DNA of 52,882 nt from contig JBBDIP010000006.1 of NCBI GenBank assembly GCA_040880305.1, forward strand, positions 1-52,882, given 5' to 3'. A program made the position numbers and the translations under genes. Origin of the DNA: Bacillota bacterium. Its GTDB lineage: Bacteria; Bacillota; Sulfobacillia; Fermentithermobacillales; Fermentithermobacillaceae. The stretch's first letter is position 1. The number at the start of each line of letters is the position of its first letter. Shown here in pieces: positions 32,664 to 41,434 of the stretch. The notes below the pieces were generated by a model. That model was given only the letters and a program-made list of their open reading frames with translations. It did not search any database and was not told where the DNA came from.

Positions 32664-32833
32664 ATTAATCTCCTCCCGGACTGTGAGACGAACCTTTCAC
32701 CCTGGATTCGTCCGCCCCCTGCCCAAGTCCTCTAAGGTGGCGGGTGCTGCTTCCAGAAGGATTACTTCGCCCTACGCAGAAGTAATCAGGACTGTGCTGT
32801 CGGCGACCATTGAGATGCCTGGAGGAGTCAGCT

Positions 32834-33553
32834 TTGGACGAGCCCATCCTTCGTACCGTCAACCTAAGAAAGTCTTTCTTCCTGGGCGAGACCATATACG
32901 CGGTCAGCGACGTCAATGTCGAGGTCGACCGCGGGGAGTTTGTGGTCATCATGGGCCCTTCAGGAAGCGGAAAGAGTACTCTGCTGGCCCTCTTGGGAGG
33001 GCTGGATCTACCGCAGTCCGGCGACGTGATACTTTGCGGCGAGCGGTATTCGCGCCTCAGCGAGAACGGGCTGGCCAAGATCCGACGGAACAAGGTGGGA
33101 TTCGTCTTTCAGTTCTTCAACCTTATCCCGCATCTGACCGCGCTGGAGAACGTGATGCTCCCGATGCGGTTTGGAGGCATGTCCAGGCAGGATATGGACG
33201 CGCGGGCCAGGGAACTACTGGGTATCGTGGGGCTGGGATCGCGCCTAAAGCACAAACCGCTGGAGCTCTCCGGCGGGGAGCAGCAGAGGGTTGCGATCGC
33301 CCGTGCCTTGTCCAACAATCCTGACATCGTTCTGGCCGACGAGCCGACGGGCAACCTTGATTCGAAAACGTCCCATGAGATCGGCGAGATATTCCATAAC
33401 CTGAACAAGGAAAAGGGCCAGACTTTCGTGGTCGTCTCTCACGATCCTTCCCTGACACAATGGGCCCATCGAGTGATCAACATGCTGGACGGCCGCGTGG
33501 ACGAGATCCGCGGCGGCGGGATGGAAGGCACTCTCGGCGCCACACAGCGATAA
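32834..33553 (+). CDS. LolD/MacB-type ABC ATPase 1
   Basis: [33 protein letters not shown]; RBS GGAGGAG, TTG start. Confidence 0.92.
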   Translation: MDEPILRTVNLRKSFFLGETIYAVSDVNVEVDRGEFVVIMGPSGSGKSTLLALLGGLDLPQSGDVILCGERYSRLSENGLAKIRRNKVGFVFQFFNLIPHLTALENVMLPMRFGGMSRQDMDARARELLGIVGLGSRLKHKPLELSGGEQQRVAIARALSNNPDIVLADEPTGNLDSKTSHEIGEIFHNLNKEKGQTFVVVSHDPSLTQWAHRVINMLDGRVDEIRGGGMEGTLGATQR

Positions 33554-33567
33554 TCCAGGAGGTTTTT

Positions 33568-35298
33568 ATGGCCAGGGACGTTCTCTACCTAGACGTAGGC
33601 AGCGCTGTCACCACAGCGCGGGCCGTGAAGGTTTCGCAGGACTCGTTTACGACCGGCAGCTTCGCCCTATGCCCGAGCCCTCCGGCGACGGGCAGCGACC
33701 TCACGTCGGCCGTCGCGCCCGCGGTCGAGGCCATGAGAGGCAAGATCGACCGGCAGGGCTTGTCGTTTGATCCCGATGACATCATTGTGACTGTCAGCGC
33801 CGGGGGAGAGCCCCGCACTGTCTGCGCCGGGGTGGTCCGCGGGATATCCGGGGAGTCCGCCAAGAGAGCGGCTCTCTCCGCCGGGGCGACCGTAGCCGAC
33901 CTCATCGCCGTCGACGACGGCAGGCAGGACTTTGAGCGCGTATCCGACTTGCGCCGCCAGGAGATCGCCATGGTCGTGATGGCGGGGGGCGTCGACGAGG
34001 AGATCCTGAGGAACGGCAAGCACCAGCTCCTGAGCATCGCCAAAGTGATAGCCGACGGCATGCCGCGCAGGCGCGGGAGCAACGGCAAGGTGCCTTTGGT
34101 CTACGCCGCCTCGGCTGAAGGGCGCGAGGAAGTCACCAGGATATTCGGCGACACCACCGAGATAATCTGGGCGGACAACGTCCGCGCTACTCTTGAGATT
34201 GAGACCCTTGAATCGGCCAGAAGCGCGGTAGTCGGCGCGTTTGCCGGCAGCGTCCGCCTCGACCCCCGCTTTGGGGGTCTGGGCAGGTTTGGAACTCCTG
34301 CCGCTTGGCCCACCGGTTACGCTGTGGGCACGGCGGTAATGGACTACCACCAAAGGACCGGAGAGAACATCCTGGTCATCTCCCTCGACGGCGACGCCGT
34401 GCAGGTTTTCTCGGGGATCAAGGGGGTCTTCACCAGGACGGTCACGTCCGTCGAAAGGGTGGAGCAGAAAAACATCCTGCGTCACCTGCCCGCCCCCCAT
34501 CTGGCGCATTCCAGCGCGGACATCCTCGGCAACTGGAAACTTCACCCCTACATCCTCCCCAGGACGTGGGATGAACTTGCCATCTTCCTGGCCTTTTGGA
34601 AGGAAGCGGTCCGCGAGGCGATGGAGGACCACAGGCAGAGCGCCATCGAGCTTAGGGGCATCCACAGGCAGAGGCAGATCTCCGAGACCTTCCAGGTGAA
34701 CGTCTCGGGAGGCGACACGCTGGTCAGGATGGAGAGGGTTAGCAAGGTCATCTTTTCCGGCTACCTATCACGCCTGCTCTCGCCCGCAAGCCTCATGTCG
34801 ATTGCCGCTGACGGCGCCGATCCCAGCGGTATCACGCAAGTCCTGATCGACCCCAACGACGCGCTTCAGATGGCCGGCGCTCTTTCCCGCTCCGGCGTCT
34901 TCGCGAGGTTCGAGGACCAGCTGCGCCCGGTGGGGTTGCTGGTCAGCCCCGGCAGCGGCGAGGAGCGTGTGACTCCCAAGAGGGCCTACCTCCGCAGGGG
35001 TGAGGCGATGGACCCGCTGCCCGTCGAGCCAGGCGAGATTACTGTGGTAAGCGCCCCGGATTCTCCCGACCTCGAGATTGTGCTCGACCCGCCCAACAAC
35101 AAGGTCGACCTTGGAGACGGCGAGGGCCGTAGGGTTAGGAGCAAAGTGCAGTCAGGAGTGCCCGCCATCTATCTGGATGGGCGCGGAAGGGGCCGCTCCA
35201 AGCAGGACAGGCCGGCCCAGGATGTGCAGAAATGGTACCGGAGCATGAAGGTGTTTCCCGATGGGGTTATATCCGGCTGGGCGGGGGGGAAGCAATGA
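33568..35298 (+). CDS. GlmL-like (glutamate mutase L family) ASKHA protein, degenerate copy
   Basis: LDVGSAVTT, VSAGGEP, SGESAKRAALSAGA, AGGVDE, YLDGRGR; clear paralog of 41435-43243. Confidence 0.78.
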   Translation: MARDVLYLDVGSAVTTARAVKVSQDSFTTGSFALCPSPPATGSDLTSAVAPAVEAMRGKIDRQGLSFDPDDIIVTVSAGGEPRTVCAGVVRGISGESAKRAALSAGATVADLIAVDDGRQDFERVSDLRRQEIAMVVMAGGVDEEILRNGKHQLLSIAKVIADGMPRRRGSNGKVPLVYAASAEGREEVTRIFGDTTEIIWADNVRATLEIETLESARSAVVGAFAGSVRLDPRFGGLGRFGTPAAWPTGYAVGTAVMDYHQRTGENILVISLDGDAVQVFSGIKGVFTRTVTSVERVEQKNILRHLPAPHLAHSSADILGNWKLHPYILPRTWDELAIFLAFWKEAVREAMEDHRQSAIELRGIHRQRQISETFQVNVSGGDTLVRMERVSKVIFSGYLSRLLSPASLMSIAADGADPSGITQVLIDPNDALQMAGALSRSGVFARFEDQLRPVGLLVSPGSGEERVTPKRAYLRRGEAMDPLPVEPGEITVVSAPDSPDLEIVLDPPNNKVDLGDGEGRRVRSKVQSGVPAIYLDGRGRGRSKQDRPAQDVQKWYRSMKVFPDGVISGWAGGKQ

Positions 35299-36476
35299 TG
35301 TGCGTCTACATCACCCGAAAACCCCAGGTCAGGGTCAACTCCGTGGTGCGTAGGCTGCGCGCGTTCCCCGCGATCGGCGATCCTGGAGTAGTCCAGGGCG
35401 CGGAAGTCGAGTGGGATACCAAGCTCGGTCAGTATGCTTCCCGCCAAAGGCTCCGGTTCGTCCGGGTAGAGTCGTCGGGCGAGCGCATTAGCGCGACAGT
35501 GCTTGTCGGAGAAGGGCAACAAGTTAAGCGCGGAGAGGTCCTCGCGTACTATTCCTTCCTGTTTGGCCTCGGGTTCACCGAGTATACCTCCCCGTGCGAC
35601 GGGGAGATCGTGGCGATAAACCAGCTCTTGGGCAACATTGCGATCAAAGAGGCGCCGGTGCCGCTTCAGAGCAACATCCCCGGCACGGTAGTGGCGGTCG
35701 ACGACGCCTTAGGAGTCTTCGTTAAGTCCCAAGGCGACATGGTCTACGGCGTCGCCGGCGCCGGGTACGGCCGTTCGGGAATCCTCGATATGAAAGTCCA
35801 GATCCCTGGCGGGGAGCTCCGCCCTCAGGACATAAGCGCCAAGGATTCCGGCAAAGTGATCGTCGCCGGAAAACTTGTCACACAAGAGCTCCTCGAGGCC
35901 TGCCTGCGCTGGCGGGTCGCGGGGATCGTGGCCGGGAGCGTCTCGCACCTCGTGTACCAGTGGTACAAGGGGATTACCGAGAAACTGGACTGGGACGAAT
36001 TCCTCGCGAACTACTGGGCCCGCGAGCTGAAAGATAAGGGCGCCAAGGTGCCTCCGCCTATGGAGATCGCCACGGCGCTGGTGGTTACCGACGGCTTTGG
36101 CGACATCCCGATGAATGCTGCCGCGTTCAACCTCCTCTCGGCCCATGTGGGTGAGAGGGTTTTCCTGGACGGATCCGGCGCATTCCAGTCTCAGGCCGCC
36201 GGGGCTGACGATACGCTACCCTGCGTGTTCGCGCCCGCGCCGGGCGAAGCCGCAGAAGCCGCAGAGGACGCTGGAGCGCAGCTTGAGGCGGTCGCGCCGG
36301 GGGACCGCGTCAGGGTCCTCGGGCTGATCGATCCCCTGCTGGAGGGGACGGTACTGGAAGTGGGCGAGGGCGACGTCGTTCTGCCGACCGGCATGTCCGT
36401 GCCGGGCGTCAAGGTGCAGACGGTCGACGGCAACGCCCTTTGGGTACCCCTGTTCAACGTGGAGAAGGCCGACTGA
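35295..36476 (+). CDS. Uncharacterised GlmL-partner protein 1 (barrel-sandwich-like + alpha/beta + KOW-like)
   Basis: VGEGQQVKRGEVLA, SPCDGEI, GIVAGS, TDGFGDIPM, PGDRVRV; ATGA coupling to the upstream gene. Confidence 0.7.
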   Translation: MMCVYITRKPQVRVNSVVRRLRAFPAIGDPGVVQGAEVEWDTKLGQYASRQRLRFVRVESSGERISATVLVGEGQQVKRGEVLAYYSFLFGLGFTEYTSPCDGEIVAINQLLGNIAIKEAPVPLQSNIPGTVVAVDDALGVFVKSQGDMVYGVAGAGYGRSGILDMKVQIPGGELRPQDISAKDSGKVIVAGKLVTQELLEACLRWRVAGIVAGSVSHLVYQWYKGITEKLDWDEFLANYWARELKDKGAKVPPPMEIATALVVTDGFGDIPMNAAAFNLLSAHVGERVFLDGSGAFQSQAAGADDTLPCVFAPAPGEAAEAAEDAGAQLEAVAPGDRVRVLGLIDPLLEGTVLEVGEGDVVLPTGMSVPGVKVQTVDGNALWVPLFNVEKAD

Positions 36477-36490
36477 CGGAGGGACTCTCG

Positions 36491-38440
36491 GTGAAATCGC
36501 GGGACGCGTTCCGCCTGAACGTTAAGGACCACATGACCAGGCAAGGCCTCAAAGTGAAGGACCTTGCCGACATGGTCAATCTCAGCGCATCCTACCTATC
36601 CCTGGTATTGAGCGGCGAGAGGGCAAACCTCTCGGACCCCCACAAAGACGCCATCGCGCTGGCGCTCGGGACCTCGGTGGCGGATCTGTACACCACTGGG
36701 TCCCGGGACGGCGCCGGCACGAGCGCGGCACCTGCCGCTACTGCCCTGAAGGGACCAACCGCTGAACCCGGTTTTCTTCTCAGACGAACGCGGGATGTGT
36801 CCCCATTCGAAGACCTGCTCCGCGTCCTTAACGTGACCGACCGCCTCCTGCTTCTGGCCTTTTACCGCGAACTCAACTCGCTTTCCGACGACGACGTCCG
36901 CAAGATAGGCGGGATGTTCCGAAACGTCCTAACCGCATGGCAGTCCGCTCTGCAAGAAAGCCAGGCTGCAGCGCCGGTCGCCGTGTCGACCGCAGGCGCT
37001 TCACCGGTAGAGCCGGATCACCGGACCTTGCTCTGGCTGGTGTCTTACCTGTCATCCCTCGTAGGCGACGTACCACTATCCGCCGTCTCGACCGCCTTGT
37101 CATGGACCCAGGAGAGGATCCACCGGAGCCTGGAGGGCCTCCTATCGACGGGAGCCGTCCATGTGGTCTCAGCCGGCTCTGGGGAGGCAGGAGGCGCGAC
37201 CCTCTTGAGGCCATCAGGTCAGGTCGACCTCGCGACGTCGTCTCAATGGATCTCGGCCGATGCGAGGCGGGGAGTCCTCCTGGCCCTGGCCAGAGGGATC
37301 GAATCCGACTCCAAAGTCAGGCCTGAGCACCTGGCCCAGATGTACCTGGAAGGCGGCGACCTGCGCAAGGCACGAGAGTGGTACGGGCACGCGGCAATGC
37401 GGGCCGTCGACGCCGGCATGTGGCGGATCGCCAAGACCTACCTCCTGGTAGTCTCGTCGCTGGACGCCGTCCTGGGCACCTTGGCGGAAGACCGGGTGTC
37501 AACGTCGCAGATGCTGGTCTCTACGTGCCAAAATCTGGGCGAAACCGACGAAGCCCTGGCCTACCAGGAGAGGAACCTGGCGTACTGGGAGAGGTCCGGC
37601 AGAGACTCAGACTTGGTGCGAGGGCTCCTCTCTGCCGGATCCATATTGGCCCGCAGGCGCGAATGGGGCCGCGCCGAAGCGTACCTGGACAGGGCTCTTG
37701 CCCTGTCGTCTAAAGACTTCTCCGGGCAAGCCCGCGTCAGGATAGGGCTCGCAGCCGTGCTTGCGGAGCGGGGCCTCCTCCAAAGATGCAAGGATGAGTA
37801 CGACCGCGCTCTCGACTTGGCGGGCAAGTCACAAGAGCCGGGGATCATGGCCCACGCCCTGCTTGGATTGGGAAAGGTCTTTCTCTGGCGCAGAGACTAC
37901 CAAAAGTGCGCCCAGTATCTCAACAGGGCGCTGTCCCTATCGGAGAAGAAGGAGACCGCCCTGGAGGTCCTGACCAGGACCGAGATGGGCAAACTGCGCT
38001 TCCACGAGGGTAGGCACGCGCTCGCGCGAGAGCATCTGGAGAAGGCCGTTAAGGCTGCCGCTGAAATCGGTAACCAGGAAAGCGGCAACGCCGCCAAGGC
38101 CTGGTTGTCGCGCTGCCTGGGCAAAGATGGAGAAATCGCGGATCTTGAGGCCAAGAGCGACCTGGCGACCGCCGCCCGGGACTTCTTTTTCGTCCTCGGC
38201 GAAAGGCACGGCCTGGTTGCTTCGCTGATCGCCTGCGCTGAGGCAGAGGCGGCTCTGAACAGGCCGGCCGAGGCCGAGGCGGCCTTTTCTGAAGCAGTGA
38301 GTGAGGCCCGTAGTTCAGAAAACCCGCTGCTTGAGGCCCTGGCCTGCGAGGCCTACGGTCTGTACCTGGAAGGACGGGACGAGGATCTGGCGCAGGTCAT
38401 GCTGGAGAGGTCCCGCTGGGCGAGGTCAAAAGCCCGGTGA
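36491..38440 (+). CDS. XRE helix-turn-helix + winged-helix + TPR transcriptional regulator
   Basis: GLKVKDLADMVNLSASYLSLVLSGER; TPR-like repeats (AEAYLDRAL, YLNRAL, AREHLEKA). Confidence 0.8.
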   Translation: MKSRDAFRLNVKDHMTRQGLKVKDLADMVNLSASYLSLVLSGERANLSDPHKDAIALALGTSVADLYTTGSRDGAGTSAAPAATALKGPTAEPGFLLRRTRDVSPFEDLLRVLNVTDRLLLLAFYRELNSLSDDDVRKIGGMFRNVLTAWQSALQESQAAAPVAVSTAGASPVEPDHRTLLWLVSYLSSLVGDVPLSAVSTALSWTQERIHRSLEGLLSTGAVHVVSAGSGEAGGATLLRPSGQVDLATSSQWISADARRGVLLALARGIESDSKVRPEHLAQMYLEGGDLRKAREWYGHAAMRAVDAGMWRIAKTYLLVVSSLDAVLGTLAEDRVSTSQMLVSTCQNLGETDEALAYQERNLAYWERSGRDSDLVRGLLSAGSILARRREWGRAEAYLDRALALSSKDFSGQARVRIGLAAVLAERGLLQRCKDEYDRALDLAGKSQEPGIMAHALLGLGKVFLWRRDYQKCAQYLNRALSLSEKKETALEVLTRTEMGKLRFHEGRHALAREHLEKAVKAAAEIGNQESGNAAKAWLSRCLGKDGEIADLEAKSDLATAARDFFFVLGERHGLVASLIACAEAEAALNRPAEAEAAFSEAVSEARSSENPLLEALACEAYGLYLEGRDEDLAQVMLERSRWARSKAR

Positions 38441-38551
38441 TCTGATTTAGGCAAATTATCGCGCAATTCACTGGCTCCCCTTGCCTCATTTGCCCCTCCA
38501 CTCTCCATCCACAGCAATATACCCTGGCCGCAGACTACCAAAGCCCATGCG

Positions 38552-38570
38552 GCATTGCTGGCAGCAATGC
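38552..38570. promoter_or_regulatory. Perfect 19-bp palindrome GCATTGCTG-G-CAGCAATGC
   Basis: Intergenic, between the regulator and the second sub-operon. Confidence 0.5.
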
Positions 38571-38679
38571 GCCGGGTCACAAGTCAACCGGTTTGCTCGC
38601 ATATGGTGTGGTGACAGCAAATCTGCGACAGGATTTTGCGTCAGCGGCTAGAACTGTCATGGCCGAGGGGGATGACCCG

Positions 38680-40035
38680 GTGGACTTCATCCGGTTGGCA
38701 GTCAGAGATGGCAGGAGGAACGCGGCCAGGACCCTCCTAGCCGTCATCGCGGTCGCCCTCGCGACTGCCGCCCCCGTGCTTGCCCGCGTCATACCCGAAG
38801 GCTATCCGACTGAATTCCGCTTGCCGGAGCGCCAGTACCTAGGCGGCGATCTGTTGGTGTGGCCCGCGATCGCCCCGATCGACACCCGCGGCGACTCTTT
38901 GCTTTCGTGGCGGGCGTGGGATGGGAGCGACTGGCAGTCTCACGCGCTCTACTTCCTTCCATCGCTGCCTCACAGCGGTTATCTGGCTGAGATAGGCACG
39001 AGGGCCTGGGGGCCGGTCGAGGCTACGTCAGTGGCCGGGACCATCCAGGGGGTCAATGGCGTTGCGAAGGTCAGTCCGTATCTGGTCCTCCCATGCGTGG
39101 TCCAGACGTTGGACGGTCCCGTGCAGGCAGTTCTTCGCGGCCGCGGCCCCGAGCCGGCGGATTCGCCGCTTTCCATGGCCCATCTCGTCACAACCGGGCG
39201 GCCGCTGTCTACCGAAGATCGGGGGACTCCGGCGGCCCTTGTTCCTCTCCAGGGAGGTTTCTCTGACGGCGTTTTTCCCCTGGGGAGAGACTTCGAGGTG
39301 GCGGTCGCCGGCCGCACGCTAAGCCTTCGGCCGGTTGGCGGCTACCAGGTCGTGGTCGGCGAGGAAGAGGACCGTACCCAGGCACCTGGCCCAAGCGGGA
39401 GGTACCCGGTCATCCCGGTGTTTTGGGAGCGGACGGAGATCGTGGTGACCGAGGAGACCTTCCGCGAGGTCGCCGGCCAGGCCGAGCCGGTGTATCAGTT
39501 GTCGATCAGCGCCGGCAGGATCTCCACTCTTAAGGCCACGGTAGATGCGGTCCGCAAGGCGCTGGGTCCCGGGTTCGCGGTGTACTCGGTCCCAGAATTG
39601 GTCGCGCTACGCAACTCGTCGATAGCCACTCCGGTCATTGCCGCCAACGTCCGGCCGGTGTTCCTTGGGCTCACATTCGGGCTTGCGGGCGTGATCGTCA
39701 CCGGCAGCGTATACATCCTGCTCTCCCAGCAGCGGCGCAAGATCGGCCTGCTTAGGGTGGTGGGAGCGACCAGACGCGACATCGTGGTCTACGCTCTGGG
39801 CGTGGCGGTGTACGTAACGCTGGTCGGAGATGCGGTAGGTTTCCTGACCGGCAAGCTTCTGTCCCTTGTGGCCGTCTTGTCCAGCGACATGACCGCGTCC
39901 GAATGGCTCCGACTGGCGGCTTCCGACCTCCTCACGGGCTTGGGGCTGTCGCTCTCCATAACGGCGGTTCTCGGCCTCTCGGTAGGTCTCTGGGCGTCCA
40001 GGATCCCTTGCGCGGAGGTGCTCCGTCGTGAATGA
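38680..40035 (+). CDS. FtsX/MacB-type ABC permease with extracellular domain
   Basis: N-terminal R..RTLL TM, GRPL extracytoplasmic motif, RRKIGLLRVVGAT, C-terminal VLRRE; RBS GAGGGGG. Confidence 0.8.
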   Translation: MDFIRLAVRDGRRNAARTLLAVIAVALATAAPVLARVIPEGYPTEFRLPERQYLGGDLLVWPAIAPIDTRGDSLLSWRAWDGSDWQSHALYFLPSLPHSGYLAEIGTRAWGPVEATSVAGTIQGVNGVAKVSPYLVLPCVVQTLDGPVQAVLRGRGPEPADSPLSMAHLVTTGRPLSTEDRGTPAALVPLQGGFSDGVFPLGRDFEVAVAGRTLSLRPVGGYQVVVGEEEDRTQAPGPSGRYPVIPVFWERTEIVVTEETFREVAGQAEPVYQLSISAGRISTLKATVDAVRKALGPGFAVYSVPELVALRNSSIATPVIAANVRPVFLGLTFGLAGVIVTGSVYILLSQQRRKIGLLRVVGATRRDIVVYALGVAVYVTLVGDAVGFLTGKLLSLVAVLSSDMTASEWLRLAASDLLTGLGLSLSITAVLGLSVGLWASRIPCAEVLRRE

Positions 40036-40729
40036 ATGGAGTGGACCGGTACTGTCTTGCCACGAACTAACCAAACTCTACCCGGTTGGGGAGGGGCTTT
40101 TCGCCCTGGCTAATGTAGAGATGGAGGTTCAAAAGGGGCAGTTTGTCGTGGTGACCGGTCCGTCGGGATCGGGCAAGAGCACGCTCCTCAACATACTGGG
40201 AGGCATCGACCGGCCCAGCCACGGCGAGGTCATCCTCATGGGCCGCAAGTTTTCCAGGATGTCTGAAGACGACCTCTCGCTCATGCGCAGGACCGACATG
40301 GGTATCGTGTTCCAGTTCTTCAACCTTCTGCCTGAACTCACCGCAGCCGAAAACATCGGTTTCCCCATGCGCCTTCTCGGCTGGAGCGAATCCAGGATCA
40401 TGGAGAGGCTTTCCTACCTTACGGATGTGGTGGGGCTCGCGGGGAGGTCCAACCACTATCCGATGGAGCTATCGGGCGGCGAGCAGCAGCGTGTGGCCAT
40501 CGCCCGCGCCCTGGCGGCAAAGCCGGCGGTGGTGCTTGCTGACGAACCCACCGGCAACCTGGACACGGCCAGAGCTCGCGAGGTCATGGAACTCTTCGCG
40601 CGCTTTAACCACGAGGACGGTCAAACCTTCGTGGTGGTCACCCACGAGAAGGCCTTCGAGGACTACGCCGACGTGGTGATCCACTTGGTGGATGGCCAGG
40701 TCAGCGAAAGGAGGGTCCGCAATGGCTGA
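40028..40729 (+). CDS. LolD/MacB-type ABC ATPase 2
   Basis: [31 protein letters not shown]. Confidence 0.92.
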   Translation: MNEWSGPVLSCHELTKLYPVGEGLFALANVEMEVQKGQFVVVTGPSGSGKSTLLNILGGIDRPSHGEVILMGRKFSRMSEDDLSLMRRTDMGIVFQFFNLLPELTAAENIGFPMRLLGWSESRIMERLSYLTDVVGLAGRSNHYPMELSGGEQQRVAIARALAAKPAVVLADEPTGNLDTARAREVMELFARFNHEDGQTFVVVTHEKAFEDYADVVIHLVDGQVSERRVRNG

Positions 40730-41411
40730 AAGCGCAGCCCAGTCGGGGAGCCCGCTGCCGGTCGCCGGCGGCATGCCCTGGCCCCTCATTCGCCTGCTTT
40801 CCGCACGCAGAAGGAGGCAGAACCGGGCCGTGACCGCGATGGTGACCCTGGCGGTGGCCTTCACTGTGGCGTCTTCGTTCGTCGTGACAGCCGCGACCGG
40901 CGCCATGATGCAAGACCTCTCCGCCAGAGTCATGCCGCCCGAACCGCAGGGCCTTGCGCTGGCTAGGGCGGTCGGCCGGCGCGCGTCTCTGCCCTGGATT
41001 GGGGTTTCGGCCGGCGCGCTGCTCATGTCCGGCGTAGCGATCTCCTGTGTCTTGGCGGTGGCTTTCCTCGGGCGAAAGCGCAGCCTCGGGGTCATGAAAG
41101 TCCTGGGAGCGACCGGCTCCGACCTGCGATCGCTGTTCATGCTGGAGACCTGTCTCCTTGGGGGGGCGGGGATCCCGACAGGCATGCTTCTAGGCTTTGG
41201 GGCTATTGCGTGGGTATTCGGCCCCACGGCGGTCACTCCAATGTGTTTCCTTGTCTCGGCGTCCTTCGGGCTGGCGGCCCTGGCGTTGGGCATCTACTTG
41301 CCTTTGCGGCTGATACGGAACGGCAGCTGCGACCAGCTCCTGAACAACCGGCCTGTCTACGCGGCAAGCAACCCATCTTGCGCCAAGTGCGGCCTATGCG
41401 GCGGATTTTGA
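40722..41411 (+). CDS. Short FtsX-like permease with C-terminal CxxCxxCGG
   Basis: RKRSLGVMKVLGAT...LFMLET; ends SNPSCAKCGLCGGF. Confidence 0.75.
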   Translation: MAESAAQSGSPLPVAGGMPWPLIRLLSARRRRQNRAVTAMVTLAVAFTVASSFVVTAATGAMMQDLSARVMPPEPQGLALARAVGRRASLPWIGVSAGALLMSGVAISCVLAVAFLGRKRSLGVMKVLGATGSDLRSLFMLETCLLGGAGIPTGMLLGFGAIAWVFGPTAVTPMCFLVSASFGLAALALGIYLPLRLIRNGSCDQLLNNRPVYAASNPSCAKCGLCGGF

Positions 41412-41434
41412 CAGAAAAGGAGTGGCTCACCAAT

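Noticed and set aside
38579-38607. SigK-like promoter (ACA...CATATGGT) before the permease
   Set aside because: The 18-nt spacer is longer than typical, so support is too weak.
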